Source: Klebsormidium nitens (taxonomy: Eukaryota; Plantae; Klebsormidiophyceae). Taken from it: 64,000 nucleotides of DNA. The stretch is taken from the NCBI GenBank assembly GCA_000708835.1, contig DF237234.1:1-64000 (forward strand), in the 5' to 3' direction. Under the pieces are notes generated by a model, which was not told the DNA's origin, made no database searches, and saw only the letters and a program-made list of their open reading frames with translations. Below, in pieces: positions 45,301 through 61,167 of the stretch. Position 1 is the stretch's first letter. The number at the start of each line of letters is the position of its first letter. The position numbers were made by a program, and so were the translations under genes.

Positions 45301-48109
45301 GCCGGTGCGTGCAGATTGTTCTAACTAAAGATCTGGTTTTGTAGCTTGAATGTCCGTGCGAAGGGTTTCGATACGAGAAGCTTGTGAGAACATGCTCGCA
45401 TGGATGGAGGCAGGCGGGCAGATTCGCGCGGGTTCTTATTGGGGTTTACGCTTTGGAGGTTGATTTTTTTGGCTGGCGACTTCCTAGGGCAGCGGCTTGC
45501 GGGAACGATCTAGACGAGATGCCAGTCGCCATAAGCTCGAATTCATGCTTATGTAGGATGGAGGCAGGCGGACAGGTGCGGGCGCCGTTTTTGAAGTTAG
45601 AAGGATGGTGCTCGATGTTCTGTTCGGCGACTTCTTACGTCAAAGCAGCTCTTGGAACGGCTGAGGTCAAGCCAGCCGCTTTTTTGGGGGAAGTCGACGC
45701 TGTACTTTGGGTCAAACCGTATCGGAGGCCCACAGTAGGCAGCACCTAGGAAGAATTGTTGGACTTTTCACCTTGCTGCGGCTCCAAGGGCAATTCGGTC
45801 GCTACCGATCAGTAGCCTCGTTGTTGACAAACCTCCGTGTGCAGCTTTTGGTCTTTTGGGAAACATCCGATATTCGAGCCAGAGTACCAAGTCCCCTATA
45901 TTGAGCACTTTATTTACACCAAGAAGTCAGGACACCGAAGCCAATTTGCAACCGGCCACCCCCATTTCCTGTCGATCCTTCAAGGCAGGTTTCCTCGATC
46001 CACGCCCTAATCTCGTCTTTCTGACACTTTTAATATACAATCGAGATGCACAACATCATATATCACTCATCGAACCCTCAAATCAAGTATTCGTTCCTGA
46101 GCGTTCCGTAACCTTGTTCCTGACAAACATCTTCGTGTCCCCCCCCCCGGCAGGTGGGCGTGTTCGACGCGACCAACAGCACGCGCGAGCGGCGCAACAT
46201 GATCCTGCGCATGGCGGAGGGCAAGTGCAAGGTCATCTTCCTGGAGACCATCTGCACCGACCCCGCCGTCATCGACCGCAACGTGCGCGAGAAGGTGCGC
46301 AGCAGCCCGGATTACGTCAGCATCGCGGACCCCGAGGCCGCGATCCGCGACTTCAAGGGGCGCATCGAGAACTACGAGCGCGCGTACGAGCCGGTGAACG
46401 AGGGTAGCTACGTCAAGCTGATTGATATGGCGAGCGGCTCGGGGGGGCAGATGCAGATCAACAACATCAGCGGGTACCTCCCGGGGCGGATCGTCTTCTT
46501 CCTGGTGAGGGAAAGAGAGGAGGGGAACACTGTGGGCTTTATTGAGGGGGCTGAAATCAACGGTCGAAGACACCAGCGGGACTTGCTGGCCAAATTTGAT
46601 CTTTTGATGGGTAACGAGGGAGGGTTTTGCTTGTCTTCTTCCTTTTAAAATTGAGGGGCTCTAGCAGATGAGCAGAGTGTGGCTCTGGTGCACGGGTGGT
46701 AAATTGACAGGGAGCCTCCGTCTTTGTGCTCAAGAATCAATTCTGGCCTCATGCTAGTTGGGCGGGCTGTGTGTGGCTGCTGGGTTTTTGACGATGTAAG
46801 GGCGCGCATTCTCGGCGACCTTTTACTCAGGGAAGTCGACTCAAAGCTCAGCCGCCTCTCTGGAAGAAGCACAGGCTCTGCGGACCGCTTGGCGTTGCAA
46901 CTCACGGTACGAGCGGAAGTGGCAAAAGCTGCTGCATGACCCACTTTTTCGTCCACCCTGTCTTTCACCTATCACGTGCACACGGTGCGAGATTTTCGCA
47001 AGCAAACGTCCTGATTCTTCTCTCCGCTCCTCTTACATGCCCTCAATCTCATCGAAACAGAATATCTCTGTCCGCCAGGTGAACACGCACCTGGCGCCGC
47101 GGCCGATCCTGATCACGCGGCACGGCGAGTCCCAGGACAACGTGCGCGAGCGCATCGGCGGCGACTCGTTCCTGAGCCCCAACGGCGAGGCCTACGCCAA
47201 GAAGCTGGCCGAGTTCGTGACCAAGCGCCTGGGGAGCGAACGAGCGGCGTCGATTTGGACGAGCACGCTCCAACGGACGGTCCAGACGGGGTCGTTCATC
47301 ACGGGCTTCCCGCGCGTGCAGTGGCGCGCGCTGGACGAGATCAACGCGGGCGTGTGCGACGGGATGACGTATGCGGAGATCAAGGAGGTGATGCCCGAGG
47401 AGTACCAGGCCAGGTGAGGGCGACACGTGGCAGCGTGCGGAGTTACGTACGGACAGGCAGATCCTAGGAAGGTAAAAGGATAACAGCATAAAGGACAGCT
47501 CCAAGCCACCGTGGTCTTGTTCCTGCTCGAGTATGTTTCGTTAAAAGTGCGCTACTCACTGTCGCAGCTTTTGCTACACTTTATAATAGCGCCTGACGAC
47601 AACATTATCAGATATCTGCGATTGCTGCAGACGATACTACGTTCGGGGAAGCGACCTACAAGCGTCCGCAACTGCCTTGGAGCTCACGAAAGGACTGAGC
47701 AGAGGTTGCTCGCGGAGTTCTCAGGTTGACGCTCGAAACTTTCGAAGCGTGCGTCAGCTTCCTTTTATCCTTAGAACTGCATTTCTGACCGTTGATCACC
47801 GCGTGTCGCTTCTCCAGAAAATTGGACAAGTTGCGGTACCGGTATCCCCGCGGCGAGTCGTACCTTGACGTCATCCAGCGGCTGGAGCCCGTCATCATCG
47901 AGATCGAGCGCCAGCGATCCCCGGTTGTCGTTGTCGCCCACCAGGCCGTACTGCGCGCGCTGTACGCGTACTTCATGGACAAGCCGCTCAAAGAAGTGCC
48001 GCACATCGAGATGCCCCTGCATACGGTGATCGAACTCAGCCCCGGCGCCGGGGGGGTATACGAGAAGAGGTATAAGCTGATGGAGGCTAAGGGGCCCGAC
48101 GTTCCGTAA
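42335..48109 (+). CDS. F2KP: 6-phosphofructo-2-kinase/fructose-2,6-bisphosphatase with N-terminal myristoylation motif and CBM20-like domain; about 758 aa, 8 exons
   Basis: MGITTS (G2/S6); CBM20-like [27 protein letters not shown]; P-loop VGLPARGKT; FNVGKYRR; [12 protein letters not shown]; phosphatase [35 protein letters not shown]. Exons 42335-42823, 43200-43456, 43797-43990, 44330-44496, 44897-45088, 46154-46504, 47079-47413, 47818-48109. Confidence 0.95.
45053..45590 (+). repeat. Tandem array of five copies of the F2KP exon-5 3' end plus 5' splice site (one genuine, four degenerate intronic)
   Basis: gaggacatgctcgcgtggatggaggcgggcgggcag|gtgcgc unit starting at 45053 (true exon end), 45163, 45269, 45386 and ~45540. 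The first two units also share ~65 bp of downstream intron sequence (ccagagtta.ggtaatgt.tggagctca). Confidence 0.92.
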
Positions 48110-49404
48110 GCAGGTCAAGGTATGCCGCTCGAAAAGTGCAGGTACTGCAGAAGGCTCTCGAAATATTTGAATCTCATTCTTTCAAGCCCATTTGCGGCAT
48201 TGCTCACTAGATTTCCGTCATCTTCTTCAAGGCAAGCCATGGCTAAGCTAGCCTGAAGATCGTACGGCCTGATTGGAGGTTTGAAAAACGGGCCGCAGGT
48301 GCATACGCGTATACTCAGATCATGCTCTTTGGATATGGCGAATGAGTGTTCATGATCGACATTATCATGATTATGTTGGCTGAGGCCAAAAGATTGCATG
48401 AGTCCATGCGCCGTCGATTATTTTATGCTAGTCGATATCGGTAAGCTGGAAGTTTATACCGGCGCGCATGCCACATCGATTATATAGCCACGCAGGCCCG
48501 CGCGGCTGCAGCAAGCTGAAGTATACGGCCCTACCTGTCACTGTGGACTGCGGTGGCTTGCACTTAACTAGCCCGATCTTAGTAAACAACAGCTGCTGCT
48601 TTTCTGTACGTCATATGTTGCCTCCGTGGAGGCGCGGCCGGCGCCGCGGCATGATACGATCCGCTGATTGCCATGCTCACCACTGCATGTGTACGTCGGT
48701 CCACCATGTTCCGACCCTGACATGTGCTTCAATTTGGCCGCTTTGCACTCACTTGGCAGTGACTCAAATACATATGCATAATACTGCAAACATGGCGCGC
48801 AGCGTCTAGCCTAGCGCACATGCCATGTACATGACACCATATCGCAGTTCGCGCACTAGGAAGTATTGTACTAACTCTATAACACAGAACTTGATCGTTA
48901 TCAACAAATTCTACATTCCATATTGCATGCTGATATGTGATCGCTACATGGAACCACGTTACAGTGACCTGCACTCTAGCTAGGTTTCCCACACTATCCA
49001 ATTGTCTCCTGACTTCGGCGGAAAGTTCAAGGTTGGTATACTCTGAACCCATTGAAGGGACTCGACAAAAATGCACGAACTGAGTTGGACTATTGTTGCG
49101 TACAGCAGCCTGTTGCATGTCGCTTTTCCAACATGCAAAACATTGCAATCAAGCAAGTTCCTCGACCATCGAAGATCAGTGCCAAACTGGGCATTCAAGG
49201 GTCAGCATCATTTGAGATGCCCATTGGATGAAACATCGAAGCATTATGCTTGTGGTTCTTGCAGATTTACCCGACCCGCTGTAGCCTTGTCTCAGAGCGT
49301 CCTCGTGTCAAGTCTTCTTTGCCACATGAAGGAGCGCAGAGGAGCTTGTTGCATCCGGGCCTAGCTACACCAAAGTTTGATAAGCGGCAACAGCCCATAT
49401 TCCT

Positions 49405-52400
49405 TCACCTTCGCGGCCGTTTGTCCCGGTGCTCCCGATATGTTTCTCGCCTTGGCTCGGCGGCTGGAGGTCTCGCCCCCGCCGGACCCCTATCTCTAAC
49501 GTAGTTAGCCCCCGGCGGGAGATTTAGTCTCTTCCGGACGTCCTCTGTGTACTGCCGGTAGAGCGGCTCCCTCTCTACTTTCGGCAGCCGTTTGAGGCGG
49601 GCGTCTTCCCGCATAAGCCCCTTGGCCGCCGTCCACGAGTCAAGAGGAATTCGCCCGTCGGGGTCCTCTTTTTGGATCGTCTCCTCGGGGAGAGCCTCCG
49701 CCAGCAGGCGCTTGTAGTCGCGGACGCACGCCTGAGGAAGGGGAAAAAGAGAGCCTCTGGAACTGTTGGCCAGATATTGAAGAGACGTTGGAGCGCAAGG
49801 AGAACGCAGGGCTGCAGCGCATACGATGTACCTCAGAACGGCATATGAGTAGACTCAGAAAGCTTACGCAATGGAGCCAGTGAGCGCAGGCATGCGAGCG
49901 ACCAGAATTGCAAAGTTAAGGTGCTTGAACCGTTAAGGAGCGGAGGAACGGAAAGGGCATCGTTGCGACTGCTTCCTGGCATTCTGCTCTTTAACCCCTT
50001 CATCGGCTCATTCGAGCGGGCCCGTACGTCGTGACGTGGAGGTGTGCAAAAGATAATCAAATGATTCGCCATTCTTTGAAGCAGCGTTTGGGGATAACTC
50101 ACGTCCATGATGCCCCGCACGTGCTCCTTGAACAGGTGCTCCAACTCCTTCGCTTCTAGGTGCGGGGTCACCTGCTTCTCCTCGGCTTCTTTTTCGATGC
50201 GCCGGCGCCAGTCAGCCCACGTGGCCTGCAGAGAGCCGTTACAACCCGGTAATCAATCGTGGAAACATTTTTGGTAAGAGAGCCACTTCCTCTGACTGTC
50301 TCTTCCTTTTGCGCGTCCTGCTTGGCACCAGATATGGAGGACCAAGATTTGTGAGCAGGCCTATATATCAGGTGCTGAGCCCCTTTCAGCAAGCGCAAAA
50401 GTACATCTGTTGACGCATAACCAGAATGCAAAACCCCAAGACCTCTTCTTTGCACAGTTTTCAGAAGCTGAGAACGCAGCTGACGATAGCGCCGCCGCCG
50501 CCAGCTCGGCAAACATGGTTTGTCTTGAAAGGTCTCCCCATTGCAGAGCAGGACATCAGATGTCAGGTCAAAGTCGTACGAGGCGAGTCAGACGGGAGGG
50601 GTCAGCGCTCACGTCAGCTTCCTTGACTTTCTGGGCCAGGATGGCCTTGTACGAGTCCAGCGCGTCCTTTTGCCGCGCCTTGGTCCGGATCCGCTCTAGT
50701 TCTTCTTCCTCGCGCTCCTTCCGCTTGCGCGCCTCCCGTTCGTGAGCCTTCAGCTTCTCCTGAGCAATCAAAAGACCAGTCGTGACGAGTTGATCGCAAG
50801 GGTGGGCAAATTCCTGCTTGCTACCTTCCCTTAAGTGGCAGCGTACGTAAAAGGTTAGCGTTCACTTTCTGTCGCGCGGATAACCTTTTGGTCTCTGTTG
50901 CGATACATTTGGGTCTCCTTGAGTTCAAGCTTTGTATCTTGTAGATACTGAGTTTCAAATTTCCGGCATACTGCAACCTCGGAGGTCTTTAACAAAAACT
51001 GGAGAACTGTCTGAAAACGTACTGGATGAGAACGAGCTGTCCGCCTGTTTTCGTCAACAAACAAAATACGGCTGGTACATCTGGAATCCCCTTTACAAAA
51101 GGTTCTTAGTCCAGATTATTTGCTCAAATCCAGTCAAGGAATCTGCTTGCGTCCAGCCCTCACCTCGACTTCCGACTCTTTGCCGCCCTTCCACTTGGCC
51201 AGGAAGTCATTGAACACCTGCTCGCGCTCGTTCCGCGCCACGGCCTTGTAGCGCGGGTCCTCTCGGACCTCCTCCTTCAACTGCGCCACCAAATCAAATT
51301 CCTTCACCGGAAGCGACAGCGGGAAAGACAAGCACGAGCAATCATGCAATTCGTCCGCGCTTAGGAGTGTAGGTTCTGGGCCTGTTGAACCGTTAAACCG
51401 TGAACAAGGTCGACGCTCGAGGGAAGGGTTGCAGATCCAAGCAGAATCAACTAGCGGTTTTGACCCAAGTTTTGACGGTCCGCACCGTAGCCCACTTGGT
51501 GGTTTCGTTGGCCCCCTTTTCAGCGAGCAGCTCGTGGAAGGCGGTGACCGCCGCCTCGCGCTCCTTCCGCAGCCGCTCCTCTTCCGCCTTCCGCAGGGGG
51601 GCAATCCTGCCAACGGAACGGGCTTCTCATCAGTCGTTCGGGAGCAGAGAGAGGACACGAGAGCTTAACTTGGCCCAGAAGGATGCGGACCGGTGCTTTG
51701 TCACTTGTTGCAAGTTCTCTGTTGGGTCGAAAGTCGAGGCGTGTTTTGATCGATTCTCCCAACTATACTTCGGGGGCAATATGATGCTGACGTGTCCCGT
51801 GACATCAGACCTAGCGTATGATTCGGGAAGATGCTCCCGGTATGTCAAGAGGGGGTTATCAAACGTGTAAACAACAGCCCATCTCGGCATACCTCTCGTT
51901 GAGGAGGGTCTCCCGCTCCTTCTTCTCCAGTGCTTTGAAGCGCGGGTCGTCCCCCTTCATAGTCTCGAAGTCCGCATAAGTCACGGTATGGTCGAGCTCC
52001 TGGGGAAGACAGCAAACTTTTGAAACGCAGCTCTCAAGGAAAAACCAAGATACATCGCCAAAGGTGCCGCAAATCTGTCGAATCGCATTACAGGTCGTGT
52101 GCTTGTGGACACAGCTATTGACGAGATCGATTCAAAATCTGTCCGCAACCAGAAGCGTGATCATTACTATGTTTTACCCAGGCAACTTCATATCCCAATC
52201 GAGCAGTTCCTTGCCAATGCAAAATGCTTCATTTCTTTTGAAAACCAATTTCTCAAACAATATCGGTGCCGCAGAACTTGGATCCACAACAAATACTAAA
52301 GACTTCCGGTATGGGACCTTGACTGACCCTTCAAGCAGAGCCGTTCGACCCACAATCAACCGCTTTAAAGCGCAATGCTTGTGGGTCCAGCTTTTCGCAT

Positions 52401-55400
52401 CCCCGTGTGCATCCCCGCCTCACCTCCGCCACCTCATCCAGCAGTTCCCGGAATCCGTTCATGGCCGCCCGCAGCGCCTCCCGCTTCTCAAGCCGCTCCT
52501 CCTCCGCACGCGTCTTCACGTAACGGTCGAACAAGGCCCGGCGCTCCGCGGTCGTCGCAATTGCCTGCGAAAGAGGAGACCCGGAGCTCTTTTCTGTGGG
52601 TGTGGAGCTCAACGTGAAGAATTTATCCTGTATAGCAGTCAGCACAAACATACGCACCTTTTTCGCAGCTTTTCCACTTATGCAGACGTCTCAGACCGGG
52701 CGCAACGGACACCAAAATCTTGTAGAGAGCAAAACAGAATCCTACATCTCAATTTGGATGGAGAGGTAATGCGACAACTCCACGAACGGGAAACTTCTTC
52801 ACAATAGGCCTGGAATGCGCACAAGAATCAGCACAACCAAATTGCAGAAGCGCACAGCATGTCAAGCGCCGCTCAGCACATTGCTCGTAAACTGTCCATC
52901 TCGCATTGCTTCTATTGCGAGTACAACATGGAGTAATTCTTTCTCGTCCTGTTGATTGCAAATAAGTACAATGTCCGCACCAGCTCACCTTAAATCGTGG
53001 GTCTGCGAAGATCTTTGGTAGCTCCTTGTCCCACTTGGCGAAAGGAGGAACCTTTTTCTCCTTGAGCATCTCCTGATATTACAGAGAAAACGAAGTTTCT
53101 CAATGATAATGCATGTCGAGACACTCAATCCATGCTTTGCTCGTGTGCATGCTCTCATTTTCTGCCTGTTCAGATACGTTTGTTGGCGCAATGCAGTATC
53201 GCCGTTTGCGACGGCTCGCGGATGATCCAAGCATCGATATCCATTGGGCCGATCGTTCCAAAGAGTCAAGAACGGCTTGCGGAGGAAAGTGGCCCCGAAC
53301 GGCTTTGCTACGTTTGAGAACCTGAACGACGTCAATCTTGACATCGAGTGCAAATCAACTTGACAAATACTTTAAAGCCCATGGTAAGCTGCACCTCGGG
53401 AGGGGATGACCTTACCTTGAAGTCCGCAGCCAGTTTCTCTTTCTCGCTCTGTTTCTGCTCGGCGCCGTTCCCCTCCTCGTCCTTCCCATCCTTTTCAGGG
53501 GGTGTCTCCTTGCCTGGAAGATAGACCAGCGGTCAGCTGAGCAATCACCGACGTTCGACCACCAGCACCTGTCCTCATCACGTTGCTGCGTCGAACCCTT
53601 CTGCCACTGAGTGACCAGCATCTCCTGTTCCAAGCTGGCCTATCAAGAATTGTTGTCCATAGAAGAGCGCATTCACTTACAGGGGCTTCGTCTCTTCACG
53701 GTGAGGCTATCATTCACATCGACACGTTCTAGTGGGGACCACTGAACCTGCTCATCCTATTTTTGGAGCTCTCTAGAACGGTAAGAAGAAGAAGGGGACA
53801 CGCATGAAGGGCTTCGAAGGAACTCCAAGCCGGGGCTTTTGCTATTCCCGGTCGCTCAAAGGTATACCTGCTGTGCCGACATGGACTCGAAACTGGTTGT
53901 TGGAAAACTCCAAGAATGAGAAACCTTAAAGCTCCAAATCCACCGTAAAGTCACAAATGAGCAGGAACCACGAGGTTTGCAACACTTATCCACCATCTAA
54001 ACTTGATTCTGGAGCCCTTCGACTACAAAGTACGTCCAGCTCCCACAGCGGCCACTCTGAAGTCTCGCACATCTGCTTCACGGGCTGTCTCCTGCTTTTC
54101 CGCTTACCCTCGCACAGTCTCAAGCTTACCCACTTCAGCAATCGCGTCCTCTTCGTGCAACTTCTTCTTGATGGTGCCCACCGCCGACTCCCCGTTTGCT
54201 CTGTCTGGCACGGACGCCTCTTCCGCTTTCTTTTGCCGTTGCTCCGCCACGGCCGCCGGGACTTGCCAGCTGGTCTCCTGCAATGCCAAATTCGGGTCTC
54301 AAAGGGCAGGCAGGAACAGCTTGAAAAAGTCGCTCCAAGAAGCAGGAGACAGAAGTTCGTGCAGAAGCGATGGAAGTAACCGATATTGTGCAGAATGCGA
54401 ACCAGTGCCCTCAGCTGCTGCGATCAGAAGCTGCTTTCTGAAGCTTAGAATTGGCGACATGGCCTTCGCCACCAGCCTATGCCGCCATTCGTCAAGAAGG
54501 AATAGTGGATAGGGGGCGCATTTTGCAAGAGCTTGACAACTGCACGTGAAGTACCAATTCCGATGATGCAAAATCTCCACCTCTGTTTCATGCGCTTGAG
54601 CATGTCGGAGACCACCTCTGTAGGAGCGCTCTGCTTCCTAGATCTTTTATTGGCACCTTACCTGCGTTGTGGTATTGTAGTAATACTTGGAGTCCAGATT
54701 GGTGGTCACCAGATGCCAATCGGTGCCGTCGATACGCTCCCTGCAATCAAGGAAGATCCGTTCTCAGCAAACTCTTACACTGCAACGCTGATTCTCTTCC
54801 AGGCGGTATGCCTCAGTCAGTTGTTGCAGTGCAATCATACGACCAGCCAGCGTCCCTTTTGGTGGCAGGACTCAGAAGGCAGTAAGCAGGACAATGGAGC
54901 GCTGTCAGGTGTGATGTAAGCACCGACTTACCAGGCGACCGGTATGATATCGACCTCCTGCAAAGAAAGCAAGCGCCCAGAATTCATGACAAAGTTGAAT
55001 GTTCAAGGACTTAAAATCGAATATGCATCTACAGCTTCAAAGGTTCATCTGATATTCAGCGAAAGCAGAGGTGGATAGGGAAAACGTATGCACAGGCTTT
55101 CGGCCGCTTTTCCAGGCACCGGCATGTAAACAACGCCTCTTATTTTCCCCTGACCTGCCTATTCCCCCTTTCTCGCCTCTCCGTTCTCTGCCCTTTGTAG
55201 GGTCACTTCGATCACCGAGGTAGAAACATATACCGTACAGAGTCGGGTCACTCTCTCTCCTTTCAAGGTTCTGACCTTTGGTTCGACACAGAAAGGACTG
55301 TTGCCCTGCCTGATCCAGTTGGGGATAATCAACATGCAAGGCCACCATCTGTTGTGTCCACACAAGTCCAGACCCAAAAGTCCGCTCTGCCCTTAATCTG

Positions 55401-56707
55401 CGTCCGTGGTTCTTGACGGCTCACCTCCCCAACGAAGCCCTTCGGTTTCTCGTAAGTCGACTCCCCCGTCACACTGTTGTAGTAGTACGCCACCCCCTCG
55501 TCGTTCTTATGCGCACTCCACGCTTTGCGCACCTCCTCCGACTCTGTCCCCATTTCCTTCTTGCCCTCATCCTTACCCGCTTCCGCCTTCTGCCCCGCGG
55601 GGCTTCCGGCACCCCCCTGAGTCGAATTCAGCTCCCCCGGACCCCCCTGGACTGAGTTTACCCCCGTCGAAGCCCCCTGCAACCGCGGGCCACTTGCAGG
55701 GAAACCACCAGGTCTTACCATTCCAGGATGCCCCGGCGGCCACTGCATCGGCGGCCTCCCCCCTGGAGCAAATGCGGGGGGTGGCCCTTGCTGCAACGGG
55801 GGGCCTCCTCGAGGGGGCAGACCCCAGACTGGGGGTCTGAAGTTCGAAGGGGGCCCTGGTGAAAATGGCCTTGGAGGAAGAGAGAACTGTTGTGGGGGTC
55901 TCTGAGGAGCTGGCCCGGCAGTAGAGCTTGACGGGGGGCCAGGACGGACCTGGCTCGAAGGCGGTGCCAGGCCCTGCGGTTGTTGCATTGGCAGGTGCTG
56001 CGGAGGGGGGCGAAGGAACGGAGCGGAAGGATTGCCTGCCAACACAGGAAAGAGAGTGTCCTGGTTCTGATGAGTGGACTGAACAAAACAGCAAGAGATT
56101 CACTTGTGGTTCGCTTGTTTCCCTCAATGTTTCCCTCGATGCAAACTGTCTTCTCTGAGCATTATATGCATCTTCGCTTGTCCTTTTTGTCTTCCCAAAA
56201 CTTACCTGGAGGTGCCTGCCGCGCCGGTTGCCCAAATGGCGCGCCTGGCTGGCCCGTCGGAGGTGGACCCGAACTGCCCCCGAGCGGCCGCTGCATTGGC
56301 GGTCCATTCGATGGCGTTGGCCGTTGAAAGTGATTCTGCCCCATCGCTGAGGGATGCGGCTGACCAGGACCCCCCTGGAACAGTGGCGGCTGTGCCCCAT
56401 TAGGGGCCCCCTGTAGAGGACGAGGTGGGCCCAGGAAGGAGGGAGGGGGGGGGCCTCGCTGAGCAGGGGGGGCACCCATTGGATGAAAGGGCCCTGTTGT
56501 GGGGGCACCAGGAGGGCCTGGAGGCCCCCGGTAGCCTAGTGGGGGGCCAAAGTTGGGGAACGGAGGGCCTGGTCGGGGGGGAGGGTTGCCTGAGAAGGCG
56601 CCACCATTTGAGGGTGGCCTTTGAAATTGCTGCGGAGGTCTGGGACCGGCTGGGTCTGAGATAGGAGGAAAGGGGGGCCTGCCCGGGGGCCCTGTCGGTG
56701 CACTCAT
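49405..56707 (-). CDS. PRP40C: PRP40C / TCERG1-like splicing factor: Pro-rich N-terminus, two WW domains, multiple FF domains; about 876 aa, 14 exons
   Basis: WW1 AWSAHKNDEGVAYYYNSVTGESTYEKP; WW2 GTDWHLVTTNLDSKYYYNTTTQETSWQVP; FF repeats FKEMLKEKKVPPFAKWDKELPKIFADPRFK, DDPRFKALEKKERETLLNE, EDPRYKAVARNEREQVFND, SWTAAKGLMREDARLKRLPKVERE. Exons 56707-56206, 56035-55425, 54957-54932, 54740-54662, 54277-54130, 53513-53416, 53072-52989, 52564-52424, 51999-51893, 51606-51486, 51280-51164, 50759-50613, 50225-50103, 49731-49405. Confidence 0.92.
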
Positions 56708-57683
56708 CGTTCAAATTAGTGCTGCAAAATTGGGCAGGAAAAGGAGAGGTCAGGCGTGCATGGCACCATCTATAGCTGTCTTGTTTTCTCTTTGGATACA
56801 AGGTAAATACCTGGTTAGTGCCACCAGCTAGAAAATATAAGCAGTTGGGCCCATGCCTTCAAGAAATGTACTGCTTTAACACTTGACAAAACTCACAATT
56901 AACTCTTCTTTGCCACCAAAGACATGCAGAAGTGCACATTGATTGCAAAATGATACTACAATCCTTCATTGTTGCTGTTTGATGATCCGGTGCTGATCTT
57001 GATGAGATTGTTCTGAATGTCTACAATGTTATTTGGACCAGCGATGAAGCTCGCCGTTCTGTATTTTTAGTTAGCGGATCACAGAGTTGAAACAAAGCTT
57101 ACCTGCGTCAGAACCAAACAACTTTATACCTCCTTTTTGACAGCCTACAAGAAAGCGGAGGCAGAGCAGCCCAGCGGGCTAGTACTGTTCATCTACTTAC
57201 ACGTTTATGACTAGGTTCTGTAAGCACCCAACAAGTGAGAGATCAGAGCAGTCTTCCCATTGAGCTCCATTGCACCCAGCATTGCTCCCCCATTGCTCCT
57301 TTCGCACCTCCCTCCTCTTGAAGTTGGGACTTAACTTGAAGTTGGGAGAGTCAGCAACCTGAGCAGCTCAAGAGCAGATGCTGGGTTAAGTTGTGCGAAC
57401 CTAACCCAGTATTTTTAACTGATGGCAAGCGTTTCACAAGGTTTTTGCATTAGGTAATACCTATGCTCAAATCTTGACTAGTTTCAATGCTCGAAAATTC
57501 CTGCAAAATGTAACGCACTTCACATGATCATCGTTTAGCAAGACAGGGTTTCGACCTCAGTCTGATAACACGCAGTCCTGATCGACGCCTCGCAAAGGAA
57601 GTGCCAGGAAGGAACGTTTTGGCGGCGCTGTAAACAGCGAACCTATCGCTTGTTGGGCCAGGTGTGCTCAAAAGAGAGTCATC

Positions 57684-59999
<2,316 letters not shown>

Positions 60000-61167
60000 G
60001 GGTCAACAGCTACGCGGAAACTGGGGATGGGACAATCTTAAGACGCGAGGGTCGAGTCAGGTGGCTTAGTGGGTCACGAAGACCTTCACTGAGGTCATGC
60101 ATGGGCCAGTCATAGCCATGGTTCGCTTTGTTTTTGGCTCTGTGTAATCGGTGCATGTTGCAGAAGCTCTGCGCTCAGTGAATCACTGTGTCGAGATTTT
60201 TCATTGCTTCCATGCTAGAGCTTGGTGCATGCTTGCAATCATAGGCATACTAAAGCGGCGCAAGGTTTTCTTCAAATGTTTACCCATCCATGCCAATACC
60301 AGAGTTATGCAACCTGGCATGCACTGAGCTGTAAGCTTGTACCCGAATCGAGCCTGCATTCAGCTTGTCTGTGAGGTCTCTCTTGGTGACAATTATGCGC
60401 TTGATCTTTGTCGGTGTCACTGAGCTGCAGTTGAGCGGCGCCAGTATACACATGATTGCCGTTAATTGACTTTGAAATTGGGATCGAGCATGCAGCCCGC
60501 TTGCAGCTATGGAAAATATGCTCATGCACGACATATGGGCTTACTACAGTATAATAAAACATGGCGGCTGTGAGCGATGAATTGGTTGCAATGATGCTAG
60601 CTAGAGCATGATGAACGTTTGCTCATCTTAACTAATAGTTGTCCGACAATGAGTGGTGCGAAGCATGGGCCATGTCAGCATATGCGTCTCTAGGAACTTC
60701 AACGATCTAAGCCCACTTGTCTGTGTGGCGGACACAAAAGTTTACCCATATGGTGTTCAAGAAGAAGCATGCTACTTTTGATACGTACCTTCATTTCAAT
60801 ACACATGAGGCAACGAATCAGCTAAGACAAACCGACGAGCCATCAAAAGCAAAGGCTTCATACACCGAGACCGCATTATTTGCGATGACAAGACACACGA
60901 ATCAAACTATGTGCCAATCGACTCTATCAACTAGTACAGGAAAAGCATGTTTCGACTGCCTGTGCATATGTGAGATTGATCAAGGTGTGCAACGACAAAC
61001 GAATTCTTTCATGCTGGACGCTAATTTTGACACAGGGCCTGCAGCCTAACAAACACAGTTGCTGGGGCAGTAACTAGCCAGAAAGTTCGTTTCAACAGCG
61101 TCAGCAGACCAACCCCTAGTGTGAACAGTGGCCAGCAACGGTCTTGATCTACAAGTATGCATCCGCA

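Noticed and set aside
56981-57020. C/D-box-like motifs (TGATGA...CTGA twice); similar isolated C boxes at 7201, 10800 and 25243, and at ~11520 on the minus strand
   Set aside because: Too short or lacking a properly spaced D box and terminal stem; no rRNA-complementary guide recognised.
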